A stretch of DNA of 64,000 nt from an uncultured Gemmatimonadota bacterium (GCA_951812955.1 OX638340.1:928001-992000); one strand, 5' to 3'; counted from the stretch's first letter, positions 18,738-30,118 are shown. Notes: generated by a model from the letters alone, not told the origin. Made by a program: numbers and translations.

Positions 18738-20155
18738 AAGTCGTCGTGGTCGGCGGGGGCATAGCCGGGTTGAGCGCCGCGCACCGGCTGGCGGAAACGA
18801 AACGTCACGACCTGGAAGTGACGCTGCTGGAGCGGACGGACCGATTCGGTGGCACGATACGCACGATCGAGCTCGGCGGATGTCTGGTCGAACTGGGTCC
18901 GGATTCCTTTCTTTCGTCCAAGCCCTGGTTGACGCAACTGGCTGAGCGATTGGGCGTGGCTGATCGGATCATCGCCACTGCAACCACCCATCGCAGGTCC
19001 CACGTCGTCCATCGCGGCAAGCTGCACCCGTTGCCCGACGGGTTCCTGATGATGGCGCCTACCCGCCTCTGGCCCATGGTGACCACTTCGCTTTTTTCGT
19101 GGACGGGCAAGATCCGGTGCGCTTTGGACCTGGTACTGCCACGTTCGCGTGCAACCGGAGACGAGAGTCTGGGCGCGTTCGTCCGCCGGCGTTTCGGCGG
19201 AGAGGTGCTCGAGCGCGTCGTACAACCGCTCATCGGGGGCATCTATGCGGGAGACCCCGATAGGCTCAGCCTGAAGGCCACCATCCCGCGGTTCCTCGAG
19301 ATGGAAACCCGATACCGCAGTGTCATACGGGCCATGGTCGCACAGCGGCGCGCGGCCGCCCGGCGCGGAGGCGGTCCCACGGCCGGCAGCGGCGCGCGCT
19401 ACGGTGAACTGGTCACCTTCGACCATGGCATGAAAACCATCGTGCAGGCGTTGATGGAAAGCCTTCCGGAAGAAACGATGCGCACGCATTCCGACGTCGT
19501 GAGCCTGAGCCGCGAAGGGGACCTCTGGCGTCTGGCATGCGGCGACGGACAGCATATCGATGCGGATGCGGTCATTCTTGCCCTGCCTGCCCGAAAGGCC
19601 GCGGATCTGCTTCGCGGCATCGAAACGGGCCTTCATGATGAACTGTCGGCCATCCCCCACGCGTCGACGGCCGTCCTGAACCTCGTGTACCGGCGTTCGG
19701 ATGTGCCCCATCCCATGGACTGCTTCGGGTTTGTGGTTCCCGCGGTAGAGGAACGGGATATCATCGCCTGCACCTTCAGCAGCGTTAAGTTCCCGAACCG
19801 GGCGCCGGAGGACCACGTGCTGTTGCGCGCTTTCATCGGCGGCGCCCGGCAGCGGCACATGCTCGGTTTCGATGACGGGGAGCTGAACCGGATCGTCCGG
19901 GCGGAGCTGAAAGACCTCATGGGCATCGAAGCCGCTCCTCTTCACACCGCGCTTGCCCGGTACCCGGACGCCATGCCCCAGTACCTCGTCGGCCATAGCC
20001 GGCGCGTTGAGCGGATCGAATCACTGCTCGATCGGTATCCCGGACTTGCGTTGGCAGGCAATGCCTATGGCGGCGTGGGCCTGCCCGATTGCGTGCGTTC
20101 GGGTGAACAGGCAGCGGAGCGGGTACTGGAGATGGAGGAGAACGGCTCCCGTTAG
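18734..20155 (+). CDS. hemY: FAD-dependent protoporphyrinogen/coproporphyrinogen III oxidase (HemY/HemG family)
   Basis: MKVVVVGGGIAGLSAAHRL FAD-binding N-terminus and HemY-like length. A 4-nt ATGA overlap with hemE indicates translational coupling. Confidence 0.75.
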   Translation: MKVVVVGGGIAGLSAAHRLAETKRHDLEVTLLERTDRFGGTIRTIELGGCLVELGPDSFLSSKPWLTQLAERLGVADRIIATATTHRRSHVVHRGKLHPLPDGFLMMAPTRLWPMVTTSLFSWTGKIRCALDLVLPRSRATGDESLGAFVRRRFGGEVLERVVQPLIGGIYAGDPDRLSLKATIPRFLEMETRYRSVIRAMVAQRRAAARRGGGPTAGSGARYGELVTFDHGMKTIVQALMESLPEETMRTHSDVVSLSREGDLWRLACGDGQHIDADAVILALPARKAADLLRGIETGLHDELSAIPHASTAVLNLVYRRSDVPHPMDCFGFVVPAVEERDIIACTFSSVKFPNRAPEDHVLLRAFIGGARQRHMLGFDDGELNRIVRAELKDLMGIEAAPLHTALARYPDAMPQYLVGHSRRVERIESLLDRYPGLALAGNAYGGVGLPDCVRSGEQAAERVLEMEENGSR

Positions 20156-20236
20156 CAGATGGAGAAGGGCGACTTTCGCTAGCAGTTGAAGGAGCACGAC
20201 TCCTGTTCGGAGATGGAGCAGGGCGACTCTTGTTGA
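20129..20236 (+). repeat. Three in-frame tandem copies of the hemY 3' terminus, each ending in a stop codon (EMEENGSR*, QMEKGDFR*, then EMEQGDSC*)
   Basis: Read codon-by-codon from the sequence: TAG at 20153-20155, TAG at 20180-20182 and TGA at 20234-20236 are all in the hemY frame. Confidence 0.85.
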
Positions 20237-20276
20237 CCGACGCCGCCCGCGGGATTCATGCGTCGTGTTCCCGTTC

Positions 20277-20369
20277 TCCGGATGACATTCAATCCGTCCC
20301 CCGGTCCCGCAGCATCGTGTTCCAGCTCGCCGGATGCCATTCAAGCAGTCCCCTGGTCCCGCAGCATCG
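20277..20369 (-). repeat. Duplicated sulP 3' terminus: two imperfect copies of about 40 bp, one encoding the real C-terminus MLRDQGTA* and the other MLRDRGTD* just downstream
   Basis: Read from the sequence on the minus strand. The second copy is frame-shifted relative to sulP. Confidence 0.8.
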
Positions 20370-21969
20370 CAATCGCCGTCTTCCGGGCTTCCTCCATGCT
20401 TCCGACCAGGCGCCAATCGGGGATGCTCCTTACGATGTCGAAGGACTTCAGTGTTTTAGATGCTGCGCCCGAGAGTCCCATCACGATCGTACCGGTTTTC
20501 TGTTCTTCGGCGACCTCAAACAGCCGTTGAATCACAAGGGCCGCACTGTCGTCCACATACTGGGTGTCAGAAAAATCGAAGATGACCACCTGGTGTTCCT
20601 TGATGTCTTCACCAATGGCCATGACCAGTTTCCTTGATGAAGCGATGGTAAAGCTACCCCTGAGAGAGACCAGACCCACCCGAGCTGTATGGGGTTCCAC
20701 ACCGGCCTGGATTCCTTCGGTGGAGAAAAACTCGCGGTCCAACAGGGGCACTGAGACCACGTTGTCGAGCTCCAGGTGTTCCAGCTGCCGGGCGTGGACC
20801 ATCCCGGCGGCGATCAGCCCGATGGCCACTGCCGTGATCAGATCGATGAAAACCGTGAGGCCCAGCGTGAGCGCCATCACCAGCAGATGTTCCCGCTGGA
20901 GACGATGAATCCGGGCGAGTACCCGCCAGTCGATGATGTTCCATCCGACCACAATGAGGATACCGGCCAGGACGGCATGGGGAACCGGCTCGACAAACCT
21001 GCCCAACCCGAGTAGAATCAACAGCAGGAACACGGCGCGCAGAACGCCTGAGACCGGAGTCTGTCCTCCCGAACGGATATTCGCCACGGTACTGACGGTG
21101 GCACCTGATCCAGGAAGACCGCCAAACAGCCCTGCCGCCATGTTGCCTATACCCTGACCCACCAGTTCCCGGTCAGGATTATGGCTTGATCCCGTGAGCG
21201 AATCCGCGATGAGGCAGGCGAGCAGACTGTCCACGGAGCCCAAAAGGGCGATAATCAGCGCGGGTTGGACCGCATACAGCAGAAACGACCAGGAAGGCAA
21301 CTGGAACTGTAGCGCGGGCAGTCCGGCCGGTATCTCTCCAATAACCGGCACGTCACTCAGCCAGAATACGCCCACCATCGTGCCGGCCAGCAAAGCCAGC
21401 AAGGGCGCGGGCACGTACCGGCTCAGCTGCCGAGGCCAGAAAACCGCCAGGACAAGGGTGACCACGGCGATGGCTACTGCGCTGAAGTTCGTGCTGTTCA
21501 ATGCATCGGGAAGGGATCGGATCGCGGCAAGTGCGCCCCCAGGGGCGACAGGCGTGCCGAGAAACGGAAGGGCCTGCATGAGGATGATGATGATGCCGAT
21601 ACCGGACATGAATCCGGATACAACCACATGGGGGGTGTAGGCGATGTATCGGCCCAAATTGGAAATACCCAGCAGCACCTGGATCGCTCCGGCGAGCATG
21701 ACAACGATCAGCGCCTCCGAGAGCGTGCTCACCTGGCTGGTGACGATTAACGCCATCGCGATCGTGACGGATGGCGCAGGACCGGAAACCACCGTCCGCG
21801 TGCCGCCGAACACTGAAGCAAAGAAACCTACCGCGATCGCGCCGTACATGCCCGCGGCCGCACCCATGCCGGACGCAACGCCAAAGGCCAGTGCGAAAGG
21901 CAATGACACCACGGCGGAGGTGAGTCCGCCGGTAAAATCACCTCTGAATGTACCCGGATCATACTTCAA
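20341..21969 (-). CDS. SulP family anion permease with a C-terminal STAS domain
   Basis: Multi-TM SulP core (GIGNMAAGLFGGLPGSGA) and a C-terminal STAS domain. Confidence 0.8.
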   Translation of the reverse strand: MKYDPGTFRGDFTGGLTSAVVSLPFALAFGVASGMGAAAGMYGAIAVGFFASVFGGTRTVVSGPAPSVTIAMALIVTSQVSTLSEALIVVMLAGAIQVLLGISNLGRYIAYTPHVVVSGFMSGIGIIIILMQALPFLGTPVAPGGALAAIRSLPDALNSTNFSAVAIAVVTLVLAVFWPRQLSRYVPAPLLALLAGTMVGVFWLSDVPVIGEIPAGLPALQFQLPSWSFLLYAVQPALIIALLGSVDSLLACLIADSLTGSSHNPDRELVGQGIGNMAAGLFGGLPGSGATVSTVANIRSGGQTPVSGVLRAVFLLLILLGLGRFVEPVPHAVLAGILIVVGWNIIDWRVLARIHRLQREHLLVMALTLGLTVFIDLITAVAIGLIAAGMVHARQLEHLELDNVVSVPLLDREFFSTEGIQAGVEPHTARVGLVSLRGSFTIASSRKLVMAIGEDIKEHQVVIFDFSDTQYVDDSAALVIQRLFEVAEEQKTGTIVMGLSGAASKTLKSFDIVRSIPDWRLVGSMEEARKTAIAMLRDQGTA

Positions 21970-22021
21970 TGACAGGTATCCCTTGCAGATTACGACCGAT
22001 TACACGACGAGACCGCCCATA

Positions 22022-23359
22022 TCATCTTACCAGCCTTCTGAAGGGTTCTTTCTTCAGATCGCATTCCAGCAATTCCGCCAGGTTGCCACGGTCCAGGCCC
22101 GACTTGATGAGGCCGAAGACCTCCGACGCGGCTTCGCCGAGCTGCCGGATGTCTTCCTCCGTGTGGGCCATGGTTACCCGGAACGAGGTCGGGGTGAAAA
22201 CGCCCCGCCGCGACATCTCCTGGACGAATAGCGTGGAGACGACGGGCAGTAGTTCTGGATCGGGCAGGTCGAAGGAAAGGCCGGGATTGTAGGACAGGCC
22301 CACGCAGGCGCCCGGAAGCCCCGCGCTCGCCAGGGCGTCGTTTATCGTGGCTTTGACCAATGTACCCATGGATTCGAAGAAGGTTTCTGAATCCCGTCGT
22401 TTCAACTCGCGAATCGTGGTCAGCGCGGCGGCCAGACCCACGTTGTCGCTCCAGTAGGAACTGGAAACGAACATCGAAGCGGCCGGCGCCATGGCTTCGC
22501 GGGATCCCACGACGGCGCCCATGGCGTATCCGTTCGACATGGCTTTGGCCAGGGTCGTCACGTCGGGCGTCACCCCGGTATACTCCTGAAATCCCCCGAT
22601 GCGAAAGCGCCATCCGCAGGACACCTCGTCGAACACCAGCAGCGCGTCGTGTTCATGGGCCAGCCGCTTCACGGATTCCAGGTATCCGGGAGGCGGAAGC
22701 TCGGACCGCGCGGGTTCCATCATGACCGCCGCGACCTGTCCGTCGTACTGCTTGAGCAGGTCCGAGAGCATGTCCAGGTCACCGTACGTGAAGGGTATGG
22801 CCGTCCCCGCCAGTACGCGCGGCACGCCGATGGGCTCGATGCCCGCGAAGGGATATTCGCCGCTTTCGGGATCGACGAGGTAGTTGGCGGACTGGTACCA
22901 GTCGTGCCAGCCATGGTATCCGCAGAAGAGGATAATGTCCTTCCCGGTCGTACCCCGCACGATACGCACCGCCAGGGCGCAGGTCTCGCCGCCCGCCTTG
23001 GCGTACCGCACCATCTCGGCGCTGGGGATGGTATCGACGAGTTCCTCGGCGAGTTCGATTTCGAGCGCGCTGTTCAGCGTGTAGATGCTGCCCCGGTCGA
23101 TCTGTTCCTTCACCGCCTGGTCCACAACGTCATCGGCATGGCCCAGGATGATGGCGCTGACGGCGTTCATCATGTCCAGGTACTCGTTGCCGTCCACGTC
23201 TGTGAACCGCGCGCCCTTGGCCCGTTCCGCGTACACGGGGCTCACCCCGTTTGCGAACTGGCTGGCCCGCCTGCTGATCAGTTGCGTCCAGCCAGGGATC
23301 AATTGCTCGGCCCGTCTGTACATGCTCATGGACTGTTCTACGGAACGGATGACGGTCAT
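22022..23359 (-). CDS. Class III PLP-dependent aminotransferase, glutamate-1-semialdehyde aminomutase-like (not canonical HemL)
   Basis: FDEVSCGWRF and TLAKAMSNGYAMG (PLP lysine) motifs; GSA-aminomutase-family architecture with divergent motifs. Confidence 0.72.
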   Translation of the reverse strand: MTVIRSVEQSMSMYRRAEQLIPGWTQLISRRASQFANGVSPVYAERAKGARFTDVDGNEYLDMMNAVSAIILGHADDVVDQAVKEQIDRGSIYTLNSALEIELAEELVDTIPSAEMVRYAKAGGETCALAVRIVRGTTGKDIILFCGYHGWHDWYQSANYLVDPESGEYPFAGIEPIGVPRVLAGTAIPFTYGDLDMLSDLLKQYDGQVAAVMMEPARSELPPPGYLESVKRLAHEHDALLVFDEVSCGWRFRIGGFQEYTGVTPDVTTLAKAMSNGYAMGAVVGSREAMAPAASMFVSSSYWSDNVGLAAALTTIRELKRRDSETFFESMGTLVKATINDALASAGLPGACVGLSYNPGLSFDLPDPELLPVVSTLFVQEMSRRGVFTPTSFRVTMAHTEEDIRQLGEAASEVFGLIKSGLDRGNLAELLECDLKKEPFRRLVR

Positions 23360-23401
23360 GCCTTCCTTCCTTTCACAATGTAAGTACGTCGTCGCGGCGC
23401 A

Positions 23402-24232
23402 TCAGCCGCGCGTCCGGTGCCAGGGTTTGAACAGCGCGCGCTGGTCGTCGTCCCAGCGCTTGAAAGTCGATTCGGTTATGTACTGCGCTTCGTCCATGGT
23501 GGCCTGATTCTGCGAAAGCATCCAGTAGGGACCGTATCCTACGTGGATGGTCTTCCGGACCTGGACGGACCGGTTGGTAATGCCGCCGTGCCTCAGGTTT
23601 TCCGTGAACAGAATGGCGTCGCCGGCCTTGACTTCCAGGGCGATCATGCCGGGTTCCTCGTCCGGATTGCCGCCATGGGGGCAGGGAAGGTTCGTCTTGT
23701 GGGTGCCGGGGACAACGGAAAAAGCGCCCTGGTCCCGGGAAACATCGTGAATGAAGTAGATCATGCGCACCATCATGCAGTCGATTCCGCCCGCGTTGAA
23801 CGCGTATCGGTACTTCTGATTCTCCGGACGCATGCCGCCGTGGGAGCCCGACTGGTTGCCGCGGTAGCGTATCCGGATCTCCGAGTTGTTAATCGTGGCC
23901 CTGCCCTGGACGATCCCGCCGATATACGCCATCGTGCGCGGGTCGTTCACCAGTACGTCGAATCGCTCGTCGGCATTCCAGAAATCCTCTATGATAATGG
24001 TTCTTCCTTCTTCATTCGATCCATCGGCGTGGTATCCCAGTTCGGGATTGCGGTGATAGTCCGGTCCCCACGGGCTGGCCTTTCGGGGCGGTTCATCGAG
24101 GTGCCGCAAAGCATGGACTTCCAGTTCGTCCACGGCGGACGCAAGCGAGGACACGGTATCGGAATCCAGCATGTCCTCGATCACGATATAGCCCTGTCGG
24201 TCGAATTCGTAGCGTTCGACATCGTTCATCAC
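23402..24232 (-). CDS. Phytanoyl-CoA dioxygenase (PhyH) family Fe(II)/2-oxoglutarate oxygenase
   Basis: PhyH-like length and His/Asp facial-triad context (VVPGTHK...H). One of five paralogs in this window. Confidence 0.7.
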   Translation of the reverse strand: MMNDVERYEFDRQGYIVIEDMLDSDTVSSLASAVDELEVHALRHLDEPPRKASPWGPDYHRNPELGYHADGSNEEGRTIIIEDFWNADERFDVLVNDPRTMAYIGGIVQGRATINNSEIRIRYRGNQSGSHGGMRPENQKYRYAFNAGGIDCMMVRMIYFIHDVSRDQGAFSVVPGTHKTNLPCPHGGNPDEEPGMIALEVKAGDAILFTENLRHGGITNRSVQVRKTIHVGYGPYWMLSQNQATMDEAQYITESTFKRWDDDQRALFKPWHRTRG

Positions 24233-24238
24233 GACTCC

Positions 24239-25072
24239 TTAGCTGCCGGGTTCCCAGAGTGGAACGTAACCCGCCCGTTCGACGACGGCCTGACCCTCGT
24301 CGCTCAGTATCCAATCGACGAAGGACTTGATGGCGCCACGCGGCGAATGGGCGATGTAGAAATACAGGTACCTGTTCAGAGGATAGGTGCCGTCCCGCAC
24401 GGTGGCGGCCGTGGGAAACACACCGTTGATGCTGCAGGGCACAGTCCCCTCGCCAGATCGGATCCCTCCGTATCCGATCGCGTTGGGCCAGCGCGCCACG
24501 GTCTCGACCACGGCCCTGGAAGTGGGCACGATCCGCGCTTGCGGAGTAAAATCCAACTCCTGAAGCACGAATTGGTCGAAATACACGCGCGTGCCCGAGT
24601 TCGGGGGACGGTTTACCACGAGGATAGGTGCTTGCGGTCCATTAACCTGGCGCCAGTTATCGATCTTTCCCGAGAAAATCGCCCTGACCTGGTCGATGGA
24701 GAGATCGCGAACGGTATTCTCGCGATGGACATATATGCTCAGCGCGTCCCGTGCTGTCAGAATGCTCATGCCGAGCGAACCGCGCTTCTCCAGCAACCGC
24801 TTGACTTCATCGGCAAGCATGGTCCGCGAGGCTGCCCCAATATCGGTTTTCCCGGAGATCAACGACTCGATGCCAAAACGGCTGCTTCCGCTTTCGGTTT
24901 CGATGAACACCCCGGGGTGGGCGTCCATGTATGCGAACGCCCACTGCTGCACCAACCGGTTCATCGTGGTCGACCCGGTGATTTTGAATCGTACGGGTCC
25001 ATCCATCACGGGCGGCGCCGCGATACCGCACGATAAAAGAAACAGGCCCGCTATCCCAATGAGTCGCTTCAT
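24239..25072 (-). CDS. PstS-family periplasmic substrate-binding protein (phosphate/oxyanion-binding-like); an orphan with no adjacent permease or ATPase
   Basis: Signal peptide/lipobox-like N-terminus (LLSCG); GSTTM...SGSSRFGIESL...DIGAASR motifs typical of the PstS family. Confidence 0.62.
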   Translation of the reverse strand: MKRLIGIAGLFLLSCGIAAPPVMDGPVRFKITGSTTMNRLVQQWAFAYMDAHPGVFIETESGSSRFGIESLISGKTDIGAASRTMLADEVKRLLEKRGSLGMSILTARDALSIYVHRENTVRDLSIDQVRAIFSGKIDNWRQVNGPQAPILVVNRPPNSGTRVYFDQFVLQELDFTPQARIVPTSRAVVETVARWPNAIGYGGIRSGEGTVPCSINGVFPTAATVRDGTYPLNRYLYFYIAHSPRGAIKSFVDWILSDEGQAVVERAGYVPLWEPGS

Positions 25073-25092
25073 TTCTCAATCCGCGCCGGCAT

Positions 25093-26751
25093 CTACCGGC
25101 TTTCGATGATGGACCGCAGCCGCGCCACGTTGTACCGTGACTGCGAAACCCATTGCACAGGCCGAAAGGTATCGGCCAGGGCGCCGACGTAGGCGAGCAG
25201 CACCTGGACGTGCTGCCGGACTGCGGCGCGGTTGAACGGCTGTTCGAGATCGTCGAAGGGCGTGTGGTACCGGAGCCGGCCCCAATTAACGAAGATCTCG
25301 ATGCCCGCCTCGCTCGAAAGGTTCTTGAACTGTATCCCTTCCATGAGCAGTATCGCAGGAATGCCTGCCTGGGCAAAAGCGAACTGGTCAGACAGAGCGA
25401 AGGGGTCCAGACCCTGGAACATCAGGGGAATCTGCGAGACCGTCATGTCCAGTTCACCGGCGACTGTTTGCAGCAGTTCTCCCAGGGTGGACAGTTCGGC
25501 GCCGACCCCAATGATATCCCTGAAGGTGTCGACGATGGCGAGTCCATCCACGTTAACCGCCGCCATCGTCCGATGCAGCGGTACGGCCGGGTGGTCCAGG
25601 TAGAATCGGCTGCCGAGCATGCCCTTCTCTTCTCCCGTTACGAAAAGAAAGACCAGAGACCTCCTCGGCGGCTCGGGCATGGCCGCGATCCCGCGGGCTA
25701 TCTCCAGCACACCGGAACACCCCAACGCGTTATCGACCACGCCGTTGTATATGGAATCCGCCAAGACTGGAGGGCCGACTCCCAGGTGGTCGTAATGGGC
25801 CGAGACGATCACGTACTCGTTCCGAAGTATCGGATCGCTGCCCGGCAGGACGCCAATGACATTGGACGAGAAGAACTCGCGCTCCCGGAATCTTCCCACG
25901 AAGCGTAGCTGCGTTTCGAGCGGAAAACTGCGCATTTCGTAATTCAGGTCCATTTCATACACGTCACCCAGACTGTAGGAGGCTCCTTCAAAAAAAACGG
26001 AGGCCCGGGCCGGGTTCACCAGCATGGTCAGGTTCGCGGGCTCACCGTAAAGCAGCGTGACATGCTCGAAGGCGAACATATCCCGCCATTCGCTCCACGT
26101 ACGTCCACCATGTTCCCGGTATGAAGGAATCATGATGCTGCCCACCGCGCCCCTGGACAGGGCCTGGCGCTGCTTCATCCCGGGAATGGAATGGACGGTC
26201 GGTCGTACCCCCTTGAAATAGTCTGTCACTTCCGAGTAGGGTTCGCCCGATAGAAAAACCACGACCGCTCCCTCTACCTGGAGGTCCTGGTAATCGTCGT
26301 AGTCGTATTCCGGCGCGATGATACCATAGCCGACGAACACGATAGGCACCGGCTGGGGTATGATGGTATAGTCCCCAGTGTCGTACAGGAGATAGTCCTG
26401 GACCAATTCGAGTTGATAGACCGTGTCAGCGACAATGACCTGTAACAGGCTACCTGAAAGCGCGTGGCTGCCATGTAGCGGTACACGTTGCAGGTATGAT
26501 CCGTCTTCCGCACCTGGCCTGATTTTCAGGTGCCGCAGTTGGTCTGCAAGGTATTGCGCCGCGGTATCAGCACCCGCGGTGCCCACGGCCCTTCCCATCA
26601 ACCGATCATTGCCCAGGTACTCCGTATGGGACCATATCCGTTCGATGGATACCGATTCCATTGCCATCCGCACCCTGGGGGATAGGGCCTGCTGCGCATG
26701 GCAGGGCGCAACAAGGAGCAATTGCAGCAGCATCAGTGCGTAACGCGGCAT
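25093..26751 (-). CDS. M28 family secreted aminopeptidase with a PA domain
   Basis: Signal peptide; FLFVTGEEKGMLGSRFY M28 metal-binding region. Confidence 0.7.
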   Translation of the reverse strand: MPRYALMLLQLLLVAPCHAQQALSPRVRMAMESVSIERIWSHTEYLGNDRLMGRAVGTAGADTAAQYLADQLRHLKIRPGAEDGSYLQRVPLHGSHALSGSLLQVIVADTVYQLELVQDYLLYDTGDYTIIPQPVPIVFVGYGIIAPEYDYDDYQDLQVEGAVVVFLSGEPYSEVTDYFKGVRPTVHSIPGMKQRQALSRGAVGSIMIPSYREHGGRTWSEWRDMFAFEHVTLLYGEPANLTMLVNPARASVFFEGASYSLGDVYEMDLNYEMRSFPLETQLRFVGRFREREFFSSNVIGVLPGSDPILRNEYVIVSAHYDHLGVGPPVLADSIYNGVVDNALGCSGVLEIARGIAAMPEPPRRSLVFLFVTGEEKGMLGSRFYLDHPAVPLHRTMAAVNVDGLAIVDTFRDIIGVGAELSTLGELLQTVAGELDMTVSQIPLMFQGLDPFALSDQFAFAQAGIPAILLMEGIQFKNLSSEAGIEIFVNWGRLRYHTPFDDLEQPFNRAAVRQHVQVLLAYVGALADTFRPVQWVSQSRYNVARLRSIIESR

Positions 26752-26994
26752 AAGACCGGTTTCTCGTTTGTGGCTGCGGGTGGCGACCCACTGCCGGTCT
26801 GTTCATCGTAACCTGTTCTTTAGGAAGCGATCCTTCAGCATGCTTCGATCCGATGGCTAGTTCAGCAGGTGGAAAACCAAACCAGGACCACGTATCCTCG
26901 TGATTCAAAATAACGCAAGAACGGGAGCCTGACAATATGCGCGTGGACCGTATGGTTTATTTTCCAGTGGCGGTCGTCTACGCCAATCTGAGAG

Positions 26995-27023
26995 TTGACG
27001 CGTCTCACGGGAATCTTTATATA
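26995..27023 (+). promoter_or_regulatory. Putative sigma70 promoter: TTGACG, 17-nt spacer, TATATA, upstream of pntAA
   Basis: Hexamers and spacing read from the sequence in the 400-bp divergent intergenic region. Confidence 0.35.
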
Positions 27024-27153
27024 TAGAACTCGGCCGGCCAGGATCCGGCAGTCGCCAATTAAGCAGCGCTTCATGGGCGGGGCCGGACAAGACGACGGGC
27101 CGTTGCCTCCAGGCGTCCTCGATTACCGAGCAAGCATCCAGTCGGAGCACTAA

Positions 27154-28311
27154 ATGACCATCGGCGTCCCTACTGAAACCAGTCCGGGCGAGCGGCGCGT
27201 ATCCATCGTTCCGGCCGGGGTTTCCAACCTGGTGAAGGCGGGATGCGCCGTCCGGGTCTCCGCGGGCGCGGGCCGGGAGGCGGGCATCTCGGACGCAGAA
27301 TACGAAGAAGCCGGCGCCACAGTCGTGCAGGAGCGCGGATCCGTATTCGACGAGTCCGACGTGATCGTGCAGGTAAGAGGCGGCGGCGCGAATCCCGACT
27401 CAGGCATGGCGGACGTGGAGCGATTGCGCGAGGGACAGGTGCTGATCAGTTTCCTGGAACCGTTGTCGGCCCCGGCGGAGATCAAGGCGCTCTCCAACCG
27501 GCGGGTGACCGCCTGCGCCATGGAATTCATACCGCGGACATCCCGTGCGCAAAGCATGGACGCCCTTTCTTCCCAGGCCAACATCGGGGGGTACAAGGCC
27601 GCGCTGGTAGCGGCCGAATACCTGCCCAGACTTTTCCCCATGATGATGACCGCGGCCGGGACCATAACGCCCGCCCACATTTTCGTGGTCGGCGTCGGTG
27701 TGGCCGGGCTGCAGGCCATCGCCACGTGCAAGCGGCTGGGCGCCGTGATCCAGGCCTACGACGTGCGTCCCGCCGTCAAGGAGCAGGTCCAGAGCGTCGG
27801 GGCCCGGTTCGTGGAGCTGGAACTGGATACGGCCGATTCGGAAGGATCGGGTGGGTACGCCCAGGCCATGGACGAGCAGTTCTATGCAAAACAACGCGAG
27901 ATGATGGCCCGCGTCGTATCTGAAAACGACGTCGTGATCACCACGGCCGCCGTACCCGGCAAGCCAGCGCCCGTGCTGGTTACAGAAGACATGATTAAAA
28001 GCATGCGGCCCGGCTCGGTCGTGATCGATCTCGCTGCGGAGCGGGGGGGAAACTGCGAAATCACCGAACCCGGCAGGACCGTCGTCAAGCACGGCGTGAC
28101 GCTCGTGGGCGAGGTGAATCTTCCTTCAACCGTGCCCTTTCATGCCAGCCAGATGTATTCCAACAACATCGTGAATTTCCTTAAGCTGATGATAAACGAC
28201 GGTACGCTTGACGTGGGCATCGACGACGACATCGTGCAAGGCGCAACGGTAACCCGCGACGGCGAGATCGTCAACGAGCAGGTGAGCGCCCTGCTTACCG
28301 AAGCCGGGTGA
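27154..28311 (+). CDS. pntA: NAD(P) transhydrogenase alpha subunit part 1 (PntAA)
   Basis: Alanine-dehydrogenase-like dI domain and a GVGVAGLQA NAD-binding motif. Confidence 0.85.
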   Translation: MTIGVPTETSPGERRVSIVPAGVSNLVKAGCAVRVSAGAGREAGISDAEYEEAGATVVQERGSVFDESDVIVQVRGGGANPDSGMADVERLREGQVLISFLEPLSAPAEIKALSNRRVTACAMEFIPRTSRAQSMDALSSQANIGGYKAALVAAEYLPRLFPMMMTAAGTITPAHIFVVGVGVAGLQAIATCKRLGAVIQAYDVRPAVKEQVQSVGARFVELELDTADSEGSGGYAQAMDEQFYAKQREMMARVVSENDVVITTAAVPGKPAPVLVTEDMIKSMRPGSVVIDLAAERGGNCEITEPGRTVVKHGVTLVGEVNLPSTVPFHASQMYSNNIVNFLKLMINDGTLDVGIDDDIVQGATVTRDGEIVNEQVSALLTEAG

Positions 28312-28379
28312 CGGGCGGAGCGACTGCGATCGAAGCCGGGTGACGAGCGGAGCACCATCGAACGAAGCGAGGAGTTCCC

Positions 28380-28661
28380 ATGGGTGAAACCATTGCCATT
28401 CTGACTATATTCGTCCTGGCGGTATTCGTCGGATTCGAAGTCATAACCAAGGTGCCGCCCATATTGCATACGCCGCTCATGTCGGGCTCGAACGCCATAT
28501 CGGGCATCACGATCATTGGCGCCATCCTGTCGGCCGGGGCACAGTACAGCACGCTGACAACCGTCCTCGGCTTCGCCGCGGTGGTCTTCGCGACCATCAA
28601 CGTGGTCGGCGGCTACCTCGTTACCAACCGCATGCTGGACATGTTCAAGGGAAAGGAGTAG
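28380..28661 (+). CDS. NAD(P) transhydrogenase alpha subunit part 2 (PntAB, membrane)
   Basis: 93-aa, 3-TM protein ending ...VTNRMLDMFKGKE, typical of PntAB. Confidence 0.8.
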   Translation: MGETIAILTIFVLAVFVGFEVITKVPPILHTPLMSGSNAISGITIIGAILSAGAQYSTLTTVLGFAAVVFATINVVGGYLVTNRMLDMFKGKE

Positions 28662-28665
28662 GCGG

Positions 28666-30066
<1,401 letters not shown>

Positions 30067-30118
30067 CCTCGGCGCCCGCGAATGTGGGAATCAGAAAATA
30101 CACCGGAAGGACCGTCCG

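Noticed and set aside
20230-20637. A 135-aa plus-strand ORF across the hemY-sulP intergenic repeats.
   Set aside because: It overlaps the sulP 3' coding region antisense and consists mostly of repeat sequence. No coding support.
22022-23359. Calling the class III aminotransferase HemL, because hemE and hemY are nearby.
   Set aside because: Key HemL motifs are replaced (VSCGWRF instead of VMTGFR; a divergent PLP-lysine region). It sits in a different operon on the opposite strand. It is safer to call it a GSA-aminomutase-like paralog.
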